64,000 bases of DNA from Candidatus Pacearchaeota archaeon (GTDB taxonomy: Archaea; Nanobdellota; Nanobdellia; Pacearchaeales; GW2011-AR1), in the NCBI GenBank assembly GCA_041659945.1, contig JBAZXH010000001.1:425292-489291 (forward strand). Reading direction: 5' to 3'. Positions within the stretch are counted from its first letter, which is position 1. Each line of letters starts with the position of its first letter. The position numbers and the translations under genes were made by a program. The notes beneath the pieces were generated by a model. It saw only the letters and a list, made by a program, of their open reading frames with translations, was not told where the DNA came from and did not search any database. Shown one piece after another: positions 6,919 to 15,968 of the stretch.

Positions 6919-9900
6919 TTATTTTTTTAAATAATCATCCAAGTTATGTTTTAATATCATAATTTCTTTGGTTGACTTTACAAATTCATGCTTGATTAGG
7001 AGGTAGTCTTTTTTTAGTTCGTTTACCATTCTTTTATCTAATTTAATAAGCCATCCGTGAATTTTTCCCTGTTTATGGTTGAGATAAACTTTTTTTACTT
7101 CTCCAATTCTATAACCATCTAAACTGTAAACATGCTTTCCTTCTATACTCTTTAGGGAAGCATGTTTGCCAATATATTTTAGCTCTTTATGAACTTCTTC
7201 ATTTAGATTTAACTTTGATTTATGTATTTTACTAGATAATCTTGCTATGAAGCTATGTAACTTAGAAAATTTTATTTTGTGCTTTTTTTCTTCCTTATTT
7301 TTATGAGAACATTTTTTATTTTTACTTATTTGGATTATTATTAATGTTATAATGATTATTAATAAGATTATTACTGCGACTCCAATTATTACTAATAAAT
7401 TTCTTTCTGATATTTTATTTATTATTTCAGATTCTTGAGTTTCATTAGATTTTTTGTTATTCTCAGCTTCTAATTCATCATCTATGTCACAGATACTGTT
7501 GTTATTTCTGTCAAGACAACATTCTTTTCCGTATCTAATATAAGGTATATTGCAGATAATTTCATCAGTTGTTTTGCCCGTTACTTTTGCAGTAGTTGTT
7601 TTATCAATTTTTTCAAGGCTGTAATCAACAGTTCCATTTTTTATTCCATTTAGTTTAACTTTAATGTCGTAAAATCCGTCATTGTTAACATCTACTTTTT
7701 TAGTTTCACCAATACTCATTGTAATAGTAATTGGATTTGAATAGATTATGAATGTAACTGAATTATTGATTATAGATTTTATTTCGATAGTGTGTCCAGT
7801 AGATCCATCTAGTGTGAATGTTTTGCTTTTTTCTTGTGATCCACTAAATGTTGCTGTACTTTTTAATGTAAAGTCAACATCAAATTGATTTGTCCCACTT
7901 ACTCCATTGTTTCCATTACTGCTTCCACCACTTCCACCTCCTGAACCGCCCCCATTACCATTGCCCCCACCATTATCTCCTTCTGATGTAACACTAAAAC
8001 TATCATAAGAAGTTGCAGTTCCTCCTGCCCAAGTTACTAGAGCTCTAAGTCGGTAGGTTCCAGCACTAGAAGGGGCAGTTAATGTTGCAGTTAAATCAGA
8101 GGTTCCAGAAGCAGCAACATAAATTGTCTGTTGCCCGGATGAATAATTAGTGTTTTCATTTTCACTTGTAATCCAGTAATCTATTACAAAGTCCTGACCC
8201 ACATCTAAATTTTGATTTTCAACAGTTATAATTGTATTAAAACTTGTGGATGCAACTACTGAACTTGGTGCAGCAACGATTGCATCTGCAGGACCTCCAA
8301 ACCCTGGAATTCTTACATTTATTTGATTTGATGAGTAAGTTATTGAATTTACTGTAGCTGTTGTTTTTACAAAAAGTTTATTACTGTTTGAAGCTGCTTT
8401 GTCTATAAGTACTGAATTTGAATAATTGTAATTTTGTGTTTTATTTAGATTAATTGTCGTGCTTATACCTAAATCGCTGTCTATTAAAGCTATATTTGAT
8501 AGGTCAATTCCTCCAGAATTAACAATTTCAATAGAGATAGTATAATTTACGCTTGTTGAATTTTCAGAATTATAATAAACATTCTTAACAAGAGTTAATT
8601 GTTGTCCGAGTTCTTGGTTTGGAATAGTTATATTTATTGAATTTGAATTTGATGAGATTTGATTTGAGGAATATGAATTTATTCCAAAGGCTTGTGCATA
8701 TGACAAGGTATAATAGTAATTTGTTGAGTTTCTTGTGAAGTTTTTTATATAACTCATTTCAGTAGAAGAATTAGCTGAAATTGTTCCGATATCATAAGGA
8801 GAGTTTATAGAATCTGTATCGGTAATATTTGTGTTTGTAACATCACTACCCCCTTTGTTTGTTAATCTTAAAGTGATATTGTAACTTATTATTGAATTTG
8901 ATATGTTGTGTATTGTTGCTATTTTATCTAGAACTAAAGATGCTGAACTGCCTATTTGAAAAGTATCTTGACATGTTTCATTATAACCTCTATAATTTGC
9001 TGTCGCATTTAGAATGTAACTACCAACTGCAAGAGTTGAAAAAGTTGTTTTAAATCCTCCATCACTTGTTGTTGTGAGATTTTTATTTGCATCTAGATTG
9101 TTATCTGAATCATAAATGCTTAGATTAATTTGATAATTTGGGACAGTGATTGTTTCGTTATATATGGTTCCTTGAACTAAAACTAAAGCATTTTGTTGAT
9201 ATGAGCCTCCAGTTTCGCAACTAATGCTAAAGTTTGTTAGATTAAAATAAAAAAAGTAGTTTGTTGAATTTGCTCTTTCATCACCCGCGATAGCTGTCCA
9301 GTTATATTTTCCTGAACTTGTTACGGACCAGTTATATACTGTATTTGTTCCATTTGTCTGATTATAAGATGTATTTAATAGTGTATATGTTCCATTTGGG
9401 TATCCTCCATAAAACCAAATAGTTGAATTATCTAGATTAACATCATAAAAGGTTACGTTTAGTATTATTGAATTTTTTTTATTTAATACAGTATTGTTTG
9501 TTGGAGATGTTAGGTTGATTGTCGGAGCAGTATTTGATTGTAGCAATATTGTTCTATTTGTCCCCCAATTAAAATTTCCTAAACTGTCGTAAGCTAGACA
9601 GTTCCAGGTATAACTTCCAACACTTAGATTTAGTGTCCAATTTGCATTAGCACTTGTTCCGGTTATATTTTTTGTTTGATTTAATACAAAATTGTTATTA
9701 GAACTATTTGTGAGGTATAAACTTATGTTTTTTAAAGCAAGGTTATCATCTGCAGAACAATTAAAAGAGATATTTAATGCATTAACTATTGTGTTTGTAT
9801 AATTTTCTTGTGGAGAGTTTAGAGTTATACCTGGAGAGACACTATCTTTGTAAAAACTAACTTTACTTGAATTAACATTATTTAGAGTGTCGTTACAATA

Positions 9901-12900
9901 TACTGTCCAGTTATTCCAACCTTCGTTACTAGTTAAGCTTGTCCAATTTATGCCTGGATCTTGGGTTGTTGAATTCCAAACTCCAGAAGAATTACTCCAC
10001 CAACAAAAATTTACTGCAAGATTATCACTTGATGTGTAATTTATATTAGAGATATTGGTAGTATAATTTGTATTGTTTCTTGGATAAGTTATATTAACAA
10101 TAGGACTCGTTGAATCTATTGTAATGGTGTTGTTTGAGGTGGTAAAACTGTTTTCTGCTAAGTCAAAGATATTATAAAACCAGTTATAAACTCCGTTGAC
10201 AAGAGTTACAGTAATTCCCAAGACAGTTTGAGTGATTCCTGTTGCATAATTGATAGTTGTTTTATTAATAAGGCTATTTGTTGAGTTATAAATATTTAAA
10301 CTTGCATTTTTTATTCCAAGGTTATCAGAGAGATTTGCAGTAAAATTAAAAGTTGCATTTGTTGAATAGGTGTTATTTTCTGGGAATGTTAATACTGCAG
10401 TTGGAGAATTAAGATCTCTGTAAAAAGTAGCAGAACTTGTTCCTAGTGTATTATTTGTGCCATTACAATATACTGTCCAGGTATTTGTTCCATCTAAACT
10501 TATTATATCTGTCCAATTTGTAGCAGGATTTTGTGTTGTTGAATTCCAAACTCCAGAAGAATTACTCCACCAACAAACGCTTATGTTATTTCCAGACACA
10601 GTGTAATTTAATACTGAAACATTTGTTGTATAATTTGTGCTTTGTGGGTAAGTTATTGTAATGATTGGAGGAGCAATTCCTGTGTCATTAGTTATTGTTA
10701 CATTCCATTTTGCAGTAATATTAATTATAGTCATATCAGATGTTTTATTTACATAAACAAAAAAAGTATAGTTGTTCCAAATTGTTCCTGTTGCATTTAC
10801 TAACCAGTTAATTATTTGTGATTGACCGTTATTTAGTGTTAAATTGTATGGATTTTGAGTTGTGGTATAGAATGGCGTTGCCCCAACAGTAGAATTTACT
10901 AAACCTTGTTTTGTTTCTCCTGAATATGTGATTGTAACATAACCTTCTCTAGAGTTTACTCCAGCAAGGTTATTTTGGTTAGTTCCGCTATTATAAGATC
11001 CACCACCACCACCACCATAATAATCACTAGATCCTCCTCCACCTCCAGAGTAACCTCCTCCACCTCCTCCGCCCCACCAACCATTTCCACCTCCTCCGCC
11101 AAAGCCTCCAACAGCATAAGAAGAGGGGCTTCCAGTTCCACCACTAATAAACGATCTTCCTCCTGCTCCTGCACGAGAAGATGAACCTCCACTAGTATAA
11201 AATCCTCCACCTCCACTTCCAGAGTATGATGAACCTCCACCATTTCCTCCAGTTCCATTTGTTCCTTTGTTTCCTGTTACACCCTGACCATCAGTGCCAT
11301 TTGTAATTATTGTAGCAGAAAAGCCTGGATAATAAGAGCCTGTTAGGCCTGATCCTCCACCTCCACCTCCAGCAATTATTAATGGACTTGCAAGTGAATA
11401 ATTACTCCCATTAGCAACAAAACTTCCTCCTCCACCTCCACCCCAAGAGCTACCTGCACCAATTTGTCCGACTAAGATTTGTAAAAGAGTTCCTTGAGTT
11501 AAATAAAAATCTCCTTGCATAATTGAACCATTTCCCCAAATAGTGCTTCCGCTTGAACCGCCTCCTGCAGCACCTACAACTCTAATTGTGTAGGTTCCTG
11601 TTGTAGGAACAGTCCAATTTTGAATTCCACTTGTAACATTTACTAATCCTGCTAGAGTTGTACTAGTATAATTTGCATTACAATTTGCTTGCGTGGGACC
11701 AGAAGCTCCTGTTGCTCCACATGTTGTGAAGTTATAAACTGTGTTTGCAGTTGGATCTAGACTTACATTTATTTCTCCACAATTTGTATTTGAACAGGAA
11801 ACATTTACAGAAACAGTAAATGTTTGGTTTTGAGTTACGTTTAAATTTCCTATTGGTGAAATTAAAGTTAAACCAATTATTGGAAGAGAGGTTACATTTA
11901 CATACATATCTGATGATGCTAGATTATTTGAGGTGTCATTAGTTGTTATGTTTAACCAGTATAACTCTACGTCGCTTAGAACTGTATTATTTTTTAATTG
12001 CCCTGAACAGTTTATATTAAATCTTGTATCATTTACTGTGAAACATGAGATTCCAAAAGAGTCTGTTGCACTGATCTGATAACCTAATGCAGTATTTTGG
12101 TAAATTGTTTGGTTTGAAATACTTGTAAATGCTGGAGGGGTTATATCTGGACCTATTGTTAATGTTCTGTTTGAGGTTGACCAATTAAAATTTCCTAAAT
12201 TATCATAAGCTAGGCAGTTCCATGTATAGTTTCCATTTGCTAGACCAATTGTCCAATTTGCATTTGCATTTGTGCTAGTTATTAATTTTGTTTGGTTTAA
12301 TGTAAAACTTGAATTAGCACTATTTGTTATAAAGAGACTTATGTTTTTTAAAGCAAAATTATCAGCTGCAGAACAATTAAACGTGAGGTTTAACAAACCA
12401 AATGAATTATTGGTATAATTATCAATTGGAAAGTTTAGCGTTATGTTTGGTGCGATTGTATCAATTATAAATCTTACATTAAACCTTCCTAGATTTCTAT
12501 AGCTATCGTTACAATACACTGTCCAATTATTCCAACCCTCTTTATTAGTTAGATCTGTCCAATTTGTAGCCGGATTTTGTGTAGTTGAATTCCAAGCTCC
12601 AGAAGAATTACTCCACCAACATCTATCTAACCCAAAATTGTCTGTTGCAGTGTAGTTTAGTGTTGTTATACTTATGCTGTAATTTGTATTATTTAATGGA
12701 TAGGTTATATTAACTATTGGAGCAGTAGTGTCTGTAACGTTTACAAACATTAGCCCAGAATTTAAATTGTTAAACGTATCGTTAACAGTTATGTTAATCC
12801 AGTTTAAACTTATATTTAAGAATGTATTGTTTTTTAAAAATCCAGAACAAGTTATATCAAATGTTGTATCATTAACTGTATAACAGCTTATTCCTGAGGA

Positions 12901-13950
12901 GTCTGTAGCGACAATTGTGTAATTTAAAGCGCTGTTATACTGGATAGTTTGATTTGAAAATGTTGTAAAAGTTGGAGTGGTTGTATCCAGAACTGTTAGA
13001 TTATTACTGCAAATAGTTGTTCCATCACTTAAACCATCATTTGGAGTGGCGCATGCTTGCCAGATTTCATTACCAGATAATTCACTGCTGGCAATCATGT
13101 CAGGTCTGCTTGAATTTAAAAGAAGAATTTCAGTTGCGCTAAGAGACCTATTAAACAACATGAATTCATCAATCATCCCTGTGAAAAAAGCATCATTATC
13201 ATTGTAGATATTTCCAATTGCAAGAGTATATGAGCTACTAGTATCGACATTTGATTCAGTTATATTTTTTTTCTCAACACCATCTACGTATATTCTTATT
13301 TTACCTCCCCTTTCTCTTACTCCAACAATATAGTGCCATCTATTGTCAGCTATTGATGTTGTATCTTCAATGTCTCCTGCACTTACTCCATTACCATTAA
13401 CAGATAATCTTATTCTTCCCCAATCATTTTGCAAGAAAAAGCCAACCCAACCCCCAGTGTTACATTTAGAAGCTATAATTGCATAGTGTGTTGCATCTGA
13501 AGTTTTTATCCAGGTTGAAACTGTAAAACTTTTATTTGTATCTACATTGCTCAAATTAATTGAAATTTGTGGGCTATCTGCATAGGTAAAACTATAGGCA
13601 CCAAAACTATCATAACCTCCTGTTGAATTCCATACAGCATTTCTTACTGTTATATTTTGATTATTTCCAGAATAGTCTCTTGTATATGTTGAATTACTTC
13701 CACCTTCAAAAGGAAGATTAACTACTGTTAGGGGTTTATTATTTGAAAACCAATTAAAAATATTTTTTTGAGAGGAATTTGACGGAATATCTGGATAAGC
13801 TGTAATGTTTTCATTAGAAGAGTTTGTTCCAAATGTTGAATTTATTAAAACTGAGGTAATTTCAGTTGGTGCTGAAAAAACTAATGTAAAACTTATTACT
13901 GAAACTAAAAAAATAATGAAGAATGTTAAAGAAATAAACTTTTTATTCAT
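6919..13950 (-). CDS. Giant (2343-aa) membrane-anchored surface glycoprotein: signal peptide, LamG domain, Ig-like repeats, ALK/LTK-like Gly-rich domain, TM helix, cytoplasmic PRC-barrel
   Basis: Hydrophobic N-terminus; LamG motifs SFTVSTWIK, WHYIVGV, IYVDG, FTGMIDEFMLFNRSLS; repeated DTxAP..I..P units; many NxS/T sequons; TM LLVIIGVAVIILLIIIITLII. Confidence 0.88.
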   Translation of the reverse strand: MNKKFISLTFFIIFLVSVISFTLVFSAPTEITSVLINSTFGTNSSNENITAYPDIPSNSSQKNIFNWFSNNKPLTVVNLPFEGGSNSTYTRDYSGNNQNITVRNAVWNSTGGYDSFGAYSFTYADSPQISINLSNVDTNKSFTVSTWIKTSDATHYAIIASKCNTGGWVGFFLQNDWGRIRLSVNGNGVSAGDIEDTTSIADNRWHYIVGVRERGGKIRIYVDGVEKKNITESNVDTSSSYTLAIGNIYNDNDAFFTGMIDEFMLFNRSLSATEILLLNSSRPDMIASSELSGNEIWQACATPNDGLSDGTTICSNNLTVLDTTTPTFTTFSNQTIQYNSALNYTIVATDSSGISCYTVNDTTFDITCSGFLKNNTFLNISLNWINITVNDTFNNLNSGLMFVNVTDTTAPIVNITYPLNNTNYSISITTLNYTATDNFGLDRCWWSNSSGAWNSTTQNPATNWTDLTNKEGWNNWTVYCNDSYRNLGRFNVRFIIDTIAPNITLNFPIDNYTNNSFGLLNLTFNCSAADNFALKNISLFITNSANSSFTLNQTKLITSTNANANWTIGLANGNYTWNCLAYDNLGNFNWSTSNRTLTIGPDITPPAFTSISNQTIYQNTALGYQISATDSFGISCFTVNDTRFNINCSGQLKNNTVLSDVELYWLNITTNDTSNNLASSDMYVNVTSLPIIGLTLISPIGNLNVTQNQTFTVSVNVSCSNTNCGEINVSLDPTANTVYNFTTCGATGASGPTQANCNANYTSTTLAGLVNVTSGIQNWTVPTTGTYTIRVVGAAGGGSSGSTIWGNGSIMQGDFYLTQGTLLQILVGQIGAGSSWGGGGGGSFVANGSNYSLASPLIIAGGGGGGSGLTGSYYPGFSATIITNGTDGQGVTGNKGTNGTGGNGGGSSYSGSGGGGFYTSGGSSSRAGAGGRSFISGGTGSPSSYAVGGFGGGGGNGWWGGGGGGGYSGGGGGSSDYYGGGGGGSYNSGTNQNNLAGVNSREGYVTITYSGETKQGLVNSTVGATPFYTTTQNPYNLTLNNGQSQIINWLVNATGTIWNNYTFFVYVNKTSDMTIINITAKWNVTITNDTGIAPPIITITYPQSTNYTTNVSVLNYTVSGNNISVCWWSNSSGVWNSTTQNPATNWTDIISLDGTNTWTVYCNGTNNTLGTSSATFYRDLNSPTAVLTFPENNTYSTNATFNFTANLSDNLGIKNASLNIYNSTNSLINKTTINYATGITQTVLGITVTLVNGVYNWFYNIFDLAENSFTTSNNTITIDSTSPIVNITYPRNNTNYTTNISNINYTSSDNLAVNFCWWSNSSGVWNSTTQDPGINWTSLTSNEGWNNWTVYCNDTLNNVNSSKVSFYKDSVSPGITLNSPQENYTNTIVNALNISFNCSADDNLALKNISLYLTNSSNNNFVLNQTKNITGTSANANWTLNLSVGSYTWNCLAYDSLGNFNWGTNRTILLQSNTAPTINLTSPTNNTVLNKKNSIILNVTFYDVNLDNSTIWFYGGYPNGTYTLLNTSYNQTNGTNTVYNWSVTSSGKYNWTAIAGDERANSTNYFFYFNLTNFSISCETGGSYQQNALVLVQGTIYNETITVPNYQINLSIYDSDNNLDANKNLTTTSDGGFKTTFSTLAVGSYILNATANYRGYNETCQDTFQIGSSASLVLDKIATIHNISNSIISYNITLRLTNKGGSDVTNTNITDTDSINSPYDIGTISANSSTEMSYIKNFTRNSTNYYYTLSYAQAFGINSYSSNQISSNSNSINITIPNQELGQQLTLVKNVYYNSENSTSVNYTISIEIVNSGGIDLSNIALIDSDLGISTTINLNKTQNYNYSNSVLIDKAASNSNKLFVKTTATVNSITYSSNQINVRIPGFGGPADAIVAAPSSVVASTSFNTIITVENQNLDVGQDFVIDYWITSENENTNYSSGQQTIYVAASGTSDLTATLTAPSSAGTYRLRALVTWAGGTATSYDSFSVTSEGDNGGGNGNGGGSGGGSGGSSNGNNGVSGTNQFDVDFTLKSTATFSGSQEKSKTFTLDGSTGHTIEIKSIINNSVTFIIYSNPITITMSIGETKKVDVNNDGFYDIKVKLNGIKNGTVDYSLEKIDKTTTAKVTGKTTDEIICNIPYIRYGKECCLDRNNNSICDIDDELEAENNKKSNETQESEIINKISERNLLVIIGVAVIILLIIIITLIIIQISKNKKCSHKNKEEKKHKIKFSKLHSFIARLSSKIHKSKLNLNEEVHKELKYIGKHASLKSIEGKHVYSLDGYRIGEVKKVYLNHKQGKIHGWLIKLDKRMVNELKKDYLLIKHEFVKSTKEIMILKHNLDDYLKK

Positions 13951-14131
13951 CTTTTATCTTTAACTCTCCTTTTAACTTTAAAACTTCTTCAGCATCTTTA
14001 ATCTTGGATAGGGCATTATTATAGAAATTTGAAACTGCTGGCTGTGAGATTTTAAGTTTTTTTGCTATTTCAACTTGGCTTAATCCTTCTTTTTTTAGTT
14101 TTAGAACCTGAATTTCTTTTTCAGTTAACAT
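13943..14131 (-). CDS. Small HTH DNA-binding protein (LuxR/Tfx/sigma-region-4-like)
   Basis: LTEKEIQVLKL..EGLSQVEIAKKLKISQPAVS; its stop overlaps the start of the giant gene. Confidence 0.85.
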   Translation of the reverse strand: MLTEKEIQVLKLKKEGLSQVEIAKKLKISQPAVSNFYNNALSKIKDAEEVLKLKGELKIKDE

Positions 14132-14217
14132 AGTTAATATTAGTTATATAACTTAAGTAGGTTATATAAAGGTATGTGTCTGTATAAGTTAACCTATCAA
14201 TAAGGAGTCAAATAATT

Positions 14218-14490
14218 TTAGTCTTCAAAGCTATAACCGCAGGATTTAATTTTCCAGATTTTTTGATCTGTTTTATCTAGGGGAAATTCTTGGTGACAAT
14301 AGAACGGTCTAGTTTCATAGACTTTACATAGATTTGTTGTTTTGTCAAGAAATTTACAATTTTCACAACATTGACCGCATTTTTTACATTCACCCTTTCT
14401 TTTGTTAATCTTATCTTGAATGTAATTTTTATTAGTTAATTTTTTAAAATCTCTTTTTAGTCTATTGAACATCTTAGGAAAATCATTCAT
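14218..14490 (-). CDS. YkgJ/CxxCxxCC-family cysteine-cluster protein
   Basis: CKKCGQCC..CKFL....LCKVYETRPFYC..FP. Confidence 0.8.
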   Translation of the reverse strand: MNDFPKMFNRLKRDFKKLTNKNYIQDKINKRKGECKKCGQCCENCKFLDKTTNLCKVYETRPFYCHQEFPLDKTDQKIWKIKSCGYSFED

Positions 14491-14520
14491 GTTATTGTTA
14501 CTATTAATGCAGTTAAATAA

Positions 14521-14709
14521 TTATTCTTTCTTTCCCTTTTTAACTGTCATAAAAGAACTTCCAGAAATTGGTACTTGATATAGGGCTCCACATTTTTCAC
14601 ATCTTATTGTGATTATGGTTGTTATTGCTGTGAGAACTTCACAGCCGTTTGTTATTAGTTTTGAGCCTAGCTTGATTAGCATTTCATTTTGGCATTTTGG
14701 GCATTTCAT
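14521..14709 (-). CDS. Small zinc-ribbon protein
   Basis: CPKC...CEKCG. Confidence 0.65.
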   Translation of the reverse strand: MKCPKCQNEMLIKLGSKLITNGCEVLTAITTIITIRCEKCGALYQVPISGSSFMTVKKGKKE

Positions 14710-14780
14710 AGACTTTTAGAACTATATGGGTTATTAAAAGTTTCGACCATAATAAACTTTATAATCCGGGGCTTAGTGGT

Positions 14781-15938
14781 ATGATCATGGATTTGAGCAG
14801 AAGCCAAAACTTAGATTTACAAAAAGAGAAGATTATGGACTTTTTGGACGTAAATGGACCTAGTTTACCTATTCATATATCTAATCATCTGAGAGTTGAT
14901 ACTCTACTTTCGTCTGCTTTTTTGGCTGATTTGCTTTCTGAGAAAAAAGTTAAGTTGAGTAATATGCGTGTTGGAAATTCTCCAGTTTATTACCTAAGAG
15001 GACAGGAATTTCAGCTTGATAAATTTGCTAATTTTTTGTCTGGAAAAGAAAAGGATACTTTTTACCTTTTAGAGTCACATGGTGTTTTGAGAGATGACTT
15101 TATGCTGCCAGCTTCTAGAGTGGCTTTGAGAGCTATAAAGGATTTTGCATTTCCTTTTGATTATAATGAAATTTTGTACTGGAGATTTATTAAGATTAAT
15201 GAAGAACAAGCAGTTGAGATGATTGAGACTGGAGGAGCTAGATTTAATCAAATTGCTTCTAGGTTTCCAAGGTATGCTAGTCAATTTTCTAAAAAGCAAG
15301 AAGAAAAAGAAAAGCAAGAAGAGGTTTTGCATTTTGAGAGAGAAGAAATTCCTAGGGTAGAATCTTCAGAAACTGAAATTAAAGATGAAACTTTGATACA
15401 ACCAAAAACTGAAGAGGCAGAAATTATTTTACCAGTTAAAGAGATTGAGCCTATCATGGAAATAACTGAGCCTATTGGGGAATCTCCTAGTAACGTAATT
15501 GAAAAAAGTCGTGATATTGAAGAGATGAAAGAACTTGAGTTAGATGTTGAAGAAAAAACTGAGATTGAGGAAAAAGTTCCAGATAAAATTGAGGTTGATA
15601 TTTTTAAGGTTGCTAAGAGACTTGGAAAAGTTAGAGCCAGACCTGATTTTGTTGTTAATGTTGAAAAGTTTCTTTTTGAAAATCAGATTTCAATTGTAAG
15701 CCAGTTGGAAGTGAAGAAAAAAGAATATTTGGGAACTGTTAAGTTTAATGGTAGAGATTATTTGTGCATTGCAAAGGATAAAAAGGCAGTTAGTGAACCA
15801 GAGATTCTTGATCTTTTAAAAAGCGGGAAAAAAGCAGGAATGCCTGTTTTATTTATTTGTACGACTGAACCAAATAAAAAGGCTTTGGACTGGGTAGATT
15901 ATTTGGGTAATTATCTAGTCTTTAGAAAACTGGGTTAG
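14781..15938 (+). CDS. Hypothetical protein (N-terminal wHTH-like region, acidic linker, C-terminal alpha/beta domain)
   Basis: NGPSLPIHIS...SAFLADL N-terminus; Glu-rich centre; TATA upstream. Confidence 0.7.
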   Translation: MIMDLSRSQNLDLQKEKIMDFLDVNGPSLPIHISNHLRVDTLLSSAFLADLLSEKKVKLSNMRVGNSPVYYLRGQEFQLDKFANFLSGKEKDTFYLLESHGVLRDDFMLPASRVALRAIKDFAFPFDYNEILYWRFIKINEEQAVEMIETGGARFNQIASRFPRYASQFSKKQEEKEKQEEVLHFEREEIPRVESSETEIKDETLIQPKTEEAEIILPVKEIEPIMEITEPIGESPSNVIEKSRDIEEMKELELDVEEKTEIEEKVPDKIEVDIFKVAKRLGKVRARPDFVVNVEKFLFENQISIVSQLEVKKKEYLGTVKFNGRDYLCIAKDKKAVSEPEILDLLKSGKKAGMPVLFICTTEPNKKALDWVDYLGNYLVFRKLG

Positions 15939-15968
15939 ATTTATATATATCTTTTTATAACTTTAAAC

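Noticed and set aside
10956..11258. Alternative-frame and antisense ORFs over the glycine-rich tract, and the other short overlapping ORFs in the track (e.g. 537, 1353, 2600, 5097, 17322, 22242, 34153, 40262, 59028)
   Set aside because: They are shadows of well-supported genes, with low-complexity or motif-free translations.
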